Shown here: one piece after another, positions 47,915 to 64,000 of the stretch
Position numbering within the stretch: position 1 is the stretch's first letter
Layout of the letters: each line of letters starts with the position of its first letter
Assembly (NCBI RefSeq): GCF_009914755.1
Contig: NC_060935.1
Direction: 5' to 3' (one strand)
Length of the DNA: 64,000 bases
Origin: the human T2T-CHM13v2.0 reference genome, Homo sapiens
Made by a program: the position numbers and the translations under genes
The notes under the pieces: generated by a model
Seen by the model: only the letters and a program-made list of their open reading frames with translations
The model's database searches: none
Told to the model about the DNA's origin: nothing

Positions 47915-50300
47915 CTTCTAATATTATCTAATAAACAATTAGTCCCATTTCACAGAGGAAAAACTAAGACTTGAAGTGGGTGAGTAACTTGTTCATCGTC
48001 ACTCAGGTAGTGGGAACAGAACCAAGATCTGAACCCTGATGTGATTCCAGCTCTCCTCTTTCTTCACATCTCTGCACAGCAGCTTATACGCTCTTACTAA
48101 TCCACCATCCCGCTCTTACAACAGCTCTGAGCAGTGTCAGGGTGAGCATTGCAATCACATTTTTAACCAATCAGGAAACAGAAGCCATGAGTGTTTTGCT
48201 CCACATGCCCAGGTAGGGCTGGTTGAGAAAGGGCTCCGGGAATGGAAAGCAGATGGAAGGAGGGTCAGCTCCCAGGTGAAGCTGGCGCCAGAAACTAGGC
48301 CTCCTTCCCTGCGGCCCCAACAGGTGCTCTCCCAGCACTGTCACTGCCTCAGCCTTGGCCTGCGTCTGCCTCCCCTTCCTTCCTCTCCTGATCTGTTCAC
48401 CTCCTGTTCCCAACCCTTCCATCCAGGGCCTCCTTCATTTCCTCTCTAGTCTCTAAGGATCAGTTTACAAAGTGACTAGGCAGTGGCCCCTGCCTGTCCT
48501 CTGTCCCTGTTGTCCTCCTTCCTTTCCTTAGCCATGAACACAGCCGGGGACACGTTGCCTGTGGAGCCTCTAACCCATTTCCTCTGCAGCCCTCGGCTGG
48601 TCTCCTGCTGGGGTCCCGGAGGGCCGGGCTGGCCCAACAGCACACATGGAGAAGCCATTTCCTCCAGGAGCATCTGCTCCCCTCCTCAGCCCAGCTGTCC
48701 CTGTCCTTTCACATGCTGCTGCTCCAAAGCCCTATGATTTCAGAATCAGGATTCAAAATGGTCACAAGGCAGGAGAGCTGGGTTAAAACCCACAGCACAA
48801 AAGGAGGGGCCTGTAGGTTGGCTCAGAGGCACAGGGATGTGGTGCGAGACAAGCGTCATCTGTCCCTGAGTTTACCAAGTACCCACGGTCTGGTGTAGCT
48901 GCTGCCCATGCACAGCGGAGGGTCCTGGAGAGGAGGCAGCTGCAGGCACCTGGCGCTTGTTCCAGCCGCACCACTGCCTCGTCCAAAGACACAGGGAGAC
49001 TCAGGGAGCCGCCGCTTCCTCTCAGGAGAGCCAGGTGTGCCCAGCCATCCTCAGGAGCCAGGGGAGGCCTCAAGGGGGCAGTGTAGCCAACATGCCCTGA
49101 TACAGGATAAACGTTAGCTGAGGGGGATCCGTGAAACTCAGTAAATAACTGAGCAAGACTTTGAGCATTTTTATCAGAAGAGAAGGGATTTAGCAGTTCC
49201 ACAGGCCCCTGGCCAGACTGAGTGAGCCACAGTCTCAGAGTGGACAGGGACGAACCAGAGAATGTCCAAAGATGGGGAGCAACCTGGGGCACAGGAAATC
49301 AAGCCACGGGGAGAAAATAGGGGAGCATTTGAGCCCATTCATAAAATATGAATAGCAATGCTTTCTCATGGGGCTGTTGGGAACCCCTAACCCACGCCTG
49401 GTGTATGTAAGTGTACAACAAATGGTGACTAGTATTATTTATTTAGGTGGAGAAGAGAAGAGCAGCACACGCAGTTTCAAATAGTGAATGACTTTCATCT
49501 GGAAGTGAGTGGGGTTTGAGTAATTTTACAAAACTTCCATGAAAGAATTCCCCAAGGATAGAAGTGTCAGGGAAGCAGATTTTCATTCAACTTAAAGAGA
49601 AGGAGGGCGAGAGCTAACATTGATTCAATGTATCTGCGTGCCATGCTGGGTGCTTGTGAGGGGTTTAATACTGGTGGTTGTATGTCATTTGTCCAATAAC
49701 TTGAAGAGGGAGTTATTATTATTTTCATTTCACAGATGAGGCCACAAGATGGAGACGGAGCGGGTTGCTCACCCAAGTTCATGCAGCGCCCATCTGACGT
49801 TCCCCCGGGAGGAGCTGCAGGGCCTTCTTTCGAGGAGGTGGCAGAGGGGCTTCCTGCGTGCAAAGGAGGGTCCCACCAGCCCTTTTGGAACCTCAGCCTG
49901 GTCCTCCAGAATTTCACCTCAAACTACTGGAGTCTAGGTCCTGAGTCCCTCCTTATAAGCCCCTCATTTCTGAGTTCAGCTACGAGGCCACTCCAGGGAC
50001 TCCAGGTTGCCCCTTAGTCCACACAGTTGCCTGTCCTTCCCTCCAGGCTGATGTGAGCCCTGGGGGCCCAGGCAGGCTGGGGATGGAGGCCACGCAGTGA
50101 GGGTGGAGAGCACAGGCCCTGAGCAGGAGGGGACGATGAGAAGCAGGCACCAGAACCTGGGAATCCACAGCTTTACCTGCCCCAGGGCCCGGCTGCTGAG
50201 CTTGCACAGTGCAGAGCACAGCTCCAGGTGACCTCAGCTTGGCTGAAGCTCCTTGGGAAGGGGGGAAGGAGGGAAAGAGAGGATCTCTTGTCAGGCCTCC

Positions 50301-50335
50301 AACCCTGCCACCAGAGGATGGAAAAATCTGACCCC
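50301..50335 (+). repeat. 35-bp exact direct repeat, copy 1
   Basis: aaccctgccaccagaggatggaaaaatctgacccc, identical at 51903-51937. Confidence 0.95.
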
Positions 50336-50764
50336 ATCCCTGTGCCTTAAACTTAGACGCTCAAGAAACATTTGTTCAATTCATTGTTTACGTTCTTTGG
50401 TTAAGAGGTATAAGTAAGTTTAAGAGGCAGGAGCTATACATGCATAATCTCATGTGTTCCTCACAGGAAAACCATTAAAGGAAGAAATTGAAGCTTAGAG
50501 AAGTTCTGTAAGATGCTGAGGTCACACAGTAATAAAGAGATAAATGTGTGTTCTCATTACTGCGCTTTCTTGTCTCTCAAAGCAAGGAACCAGCTCACCT
50601 TGTCTCTCCCAGCTCCTCACCTCCCGAGGCAGCAGGGACAGGAGCCCTGGGCCTGTTCTCCCATTCCAGACACATCTCTTCTCTTCCAGACAGGGGCTGT
50701 GGCTCTGCCATGGGGTTCCTGTTCTGGCAGAGCCAGGACACAGGATGGGGGTAGGCTTCACCTC

Positions 50765-51195
50765 TGTGATGGTCTGTTTTATGTGTCAACTTGGCTAGGT
50801 CATGGGGTACCCAGATATTTCAAACATCACTCTGGGTGTTTCGGGAGGGTGTTCTGGGGTGAGATGAACATTTGAATTGATAGAATCAGTAAAGAACATT
50901 GCCCTCCCCAACATGGGTGGGCCTCATCCAATCAGGTGACGGCCCGAACAGAACAAAAAGGCTGAGTAAGATGGAACTCCGCCTGCCTGACTGCCTGAAC
51001 TGGAACTGCGGTCTTTTCCTGCCTTCAGACTCAAACTGAAACCTCAGCTCTCCCTGGATCTCAAGCCTGTGGACAGCAGATCTTGAGATTTGTCAGCCTC
51101 CATAATCACATGACCCGATTCCTTATGATAAATCCCTTTCTGTATATACATACAGCCTCTTCGTTCTCTTTCTCTGGAGACCCCTGACTAATATA
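50765..51195 (+). mobile_element. MLT2-family (ERVL) solo LTR
   Basis: tgtgatgg...ttttatgtgtcaacttggctagg...gggtgggcctcatccaatcag...ccctgactaata. Confidence 0.82.
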
Positions 51196-51902
51196 CCCTC
51201 TCTCCCTGACTCTCCCTTCGAGGGTCCCCTTCCTAAGGGGAAAGAGCAGGTTGAGGAGCCCCACCTGACTTCCGTGTTCCTGATGCCCCAGCTGAGAAAA
51301 GGCTGGGGGGCTGATAACGCAAGCAGCGTAGACTAACTCTGCATCAGCACAAGCTCTTGCCACTGCCAGAGGATCCTTTAAAGCTCCCCTGATTCACATG
51401 GCTAGAATTCTCCCGTTCTCTCCAGAGACAGGGGCCGGCCACCCTGAGGTGGAGAGTGCTGCCGGATCCCCACACTTTATTTCCATAGGAACCTCTAAGG
51501 GAGATCGGAGGAGATTCCCAGTCTGGGGAGTGGGGGAATCAAATGAGTGGCCCGTATGCACTGGTCACCAGGGGCAGTCAAACCTGACTCTCAGGGACCA
51601 CCTGCCATTCTGCTCCATAGCTGAGTTAGGAGGGAAAGGGAACTCGAGACCCTGAGGAAGGCATGGAAGGGCTTGGCCGTGGATCGAGTGAGGGTGGGAT
51701 AGGGGTCTGTCCATACAGCCTCTTCATGCAGCCACTGTCCCAGGCAAGTGAGAAGCCAGAGGCCACAGTGACATCTTGGGCCCTGGAGGAGCCACCTGGA
51801 ATTCAACTCTGACAGCTCCTGTCTTGGCTGAGCCTTGGAGAACCTGAAACCGGACATCAGATCCCCCTTCTCACTGGGGTTCAGGAATCTCATCCTCCGT
51901 CT

Positions 51903-51937
51903 AACCCTGCCACCAGAGGATGGAAAAATCTGACCCC
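51903..51937 (+). repeat. 35-bp exact direct repeat, copy 2
   Basis: Identical to 50301-50335. Confidence 0.95.
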
Positions 51938-52759
51938 CTCTCGGGCTGTCATTCAGAGACAGCTAGACAACAGGATATGCTCCAAGAGCTAGAGAGACAG
52001 AGAATTCAGAAAGCCCTGGACAGCAGGAATGCTGGGCTCCAGCCCAGCTCCGGGATCCAGACTTGATAGTTCAAATCTAGCTAGGAGCATGAATGGTGCA
52101 CCTACTGCATGCTGGGCACTGTTCATCCGTGTGTGTGCATGAGCGCATGTGTGGACAGGCATGAATGAATGAATGAATGAATGATATCAAACACATATGT
52201 GTGCATGAATTATATCAAAGATTTGTAAAGTACATAAAAAATAAACGTACAGCTTGAGGAACTGTAACCCTCACTCGACTCAAGGAACAGCACATTTCAG
52301 CACCCAAAAAGCACCCCCGTGTGCTAATTTAAGTCTTGTCATTTGATATTCACAATATACTCTTTACAACAAAGAAGGTGTTATTATCCCACTTATCTGT
52401 GAGGAAGCTAGGGCCCAGGGAGGCTCGGAAACGTCTCGCTTTTCAGATTATCACCAACCCCAGCTGTCTGACTCCACAGCTCCTCCCGCCACTCCACCTA
52501 AAGGTTGTTTGAACCTCAAGGTCCCTGTGGTCGGGAGTCCTGTGTTGGGCAGGTAATTGGACCAGAAGAGTTTGGGGGCCTTTCTCAACTCTGTCCAGTG
52601 ATTCTAATTTTACAATATCCTTTGAGCGAAAATGCAGGGAGCTCGTGGTCCTCTCCCCTGGGTCTGCCCCAGCCACGTCCTACCCTCCCCAATTCTGCAT
52701 TATGGATGGGGTGAATCATCTGGTAAATAATTAACGAGTCATCGAGGCACTGAGGGTAA

Positions 52760-62768
<10,009 letters not shown>

Positions 62769-63679
62769 GGCCCAAAGAGGAAGATGCAAATAGGCTTAGG
62801 GAGGGCAGGTGGGATTTGGGAAGAGCCCTTCTGTCAGACTTTGGTCATAAAACCAACGTAGCTAAGACACCAACTACCACTTTCACTTAATACCCAGTCT
62901 TCACAACTGGTACAAGGCCCAGCTGCAGTGTCCCTAAGTGACATGGTTACAAGAGAAGCCCTGGCCCACCTTGTGGAAGACAGAGGTGGCAGGACAAGGA
63001 AGAGGACCCACAATGGGGAGACAGGGATCTCTGGGTGTCTGAGGGCAAGTGAAAGCCATGGTACTGGGAAGGATCTGTGGTGCTATAGAAGTATGAGCAA
63101 GCTAGCTGCTTCCAGAAAAAAAGTCTGTGGATGGAGCAATTCCTAAATAAATCAGAGCTGATGTTCACGCCAATAGAGGGCTACTTCCATTGCGACTCCC
63201 ACAGAGACAGGCTGATGGCTGGGTCCCAGGTTTGGCTAGTGGGAAGAAGCAAGGTGTGTAGGTGTGTGTTCCTTTGCTCAACCATAGCTTACGAACATCA
63301 CTGACGCTGCAGTGGTCCGACTCCAGGAGTCGCAGCCCACAAGATACGGAGCAGAGGTACTGCAGATGTAGCTTCCCGCCCCCAGGCTGGGGGAGCTGGC
63401 CCACAGAGCACCGGGGCTGTTCCAGAGTCACAATGTCAGCTGCCAGCATGACTCACTAGCTCCAAGTGTGTGTGTCTGTTTGTGTGTGTGTCTGTAATCT
63501 GGGTGAAAACACAAATGAATGCTTGTTCAACTGACTAGAAGACTCGGGACTCCGAGCCGCCTCTGCAGGAGACACAGATGAGAAGAAACGGCAAGAAAGC
63601 CAACGGGGGACCCGCCAGCACAAGGGACGTGGCGCCTGAAAGGAGACAGAAAATTGAGAAACTTAAGAAGATTCTGTGG

Positions 63680-64000
63680 TTCTCACAGAGTTAGACTTTA
63701 TTAGATAAGGGGTTTCGGCTACCCTCAAAGCTCTCAGGACTGGAGCTAGGGTTTAAGGAAGGCTTATTTAAATATGGGAAATAAAATACAAAAGGGCCAC
63801 ACCCGATGCAAAAGACTTTGCTGGCTTTCTGGTCAGACAAGCCTAGAGATGTGTATTTTCTTAGGGCAGTAAAACAAAACGTTTTCACAAGGAGGCTAAA
63901 TTTCTATCCTGCAGTTCATAAACATGTGGCGCTCGGTTAATGGTAAAAATAGACAATGTGTGAGGCGGGACCGCTCCTCCTCATCCTCCCAAGCTCCTCT
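63680..64000 (-). other. CDON: Probable distal 3' UTR end of the convergent CDON gene, with AATAAA at 63702-63697 (- strand)
   Basis: The minus-strand hexamer is visible. Gene identity rests only on remembered 11q24.2 gene order; no CDON coding sequence lies in the window. Confidence 0.5.

Noticed and set aside
63630-63647. TGGCGCCTGAAAGGAGAC resembling a tRNA-Lys primer-binding site (14/18)
   Set aside because: No LTR ending in CA precedes it; it is better explained as a minus-strand splice acceptor or as chance.

Overview
Human genomic DNA, recognised from the encoded proteins as the chr11q24.2 PUS3/HYLS1/DDX25/VSIG10L2 locus; it is not prokaryotic. Exon structures assembled by hand from GT-AG boundaries give complete reading frames: PUS3 (- strand, 3 coding exons, 481 aa); HYLS1 (+ strand, one coding exon, 299 aa, nested antisense in PUS3 intron 1); DDX25/GRTH (+ strand, 12 exons, 483 aa, head-to-head with PUS3 across a GC-rich promoter region); VSIG10L2 (+ strand, 12 exons, 793 aa, or 767 aa without two small exons). 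The last ~320 bp are probably the 3' end of the convergent CDON gene (from synteny). The rest is intronic or intergenic, with about 20 Alus, L1/L2/MIR remnants, MER DNA transposons and solo LTRs. I found no wholly new multi-gene system. The best candidates for undescribed biology are: (i) two frame-compensating small exons that could give VSIG10L2 four different NMD-immune cytoplasmic tails; (ii) out-of-frame upstream AUGs overlapping the start codons of PUS3, VSIG10L2 and possibly DDX25; (iii) a locally templated fold-back insertion inside an Alu in DDX25 intron 8; (iv) an exact 35-bp dispersed duplication upstream of VSIG10L2; (v) an adjacent E-box and E2F6 motif (PRC1.6-type) plus a GC-box minisatellite in the DDX25 promoter. 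Repeat subfamily calls and reference comparisons are from memory and need database confirmation.
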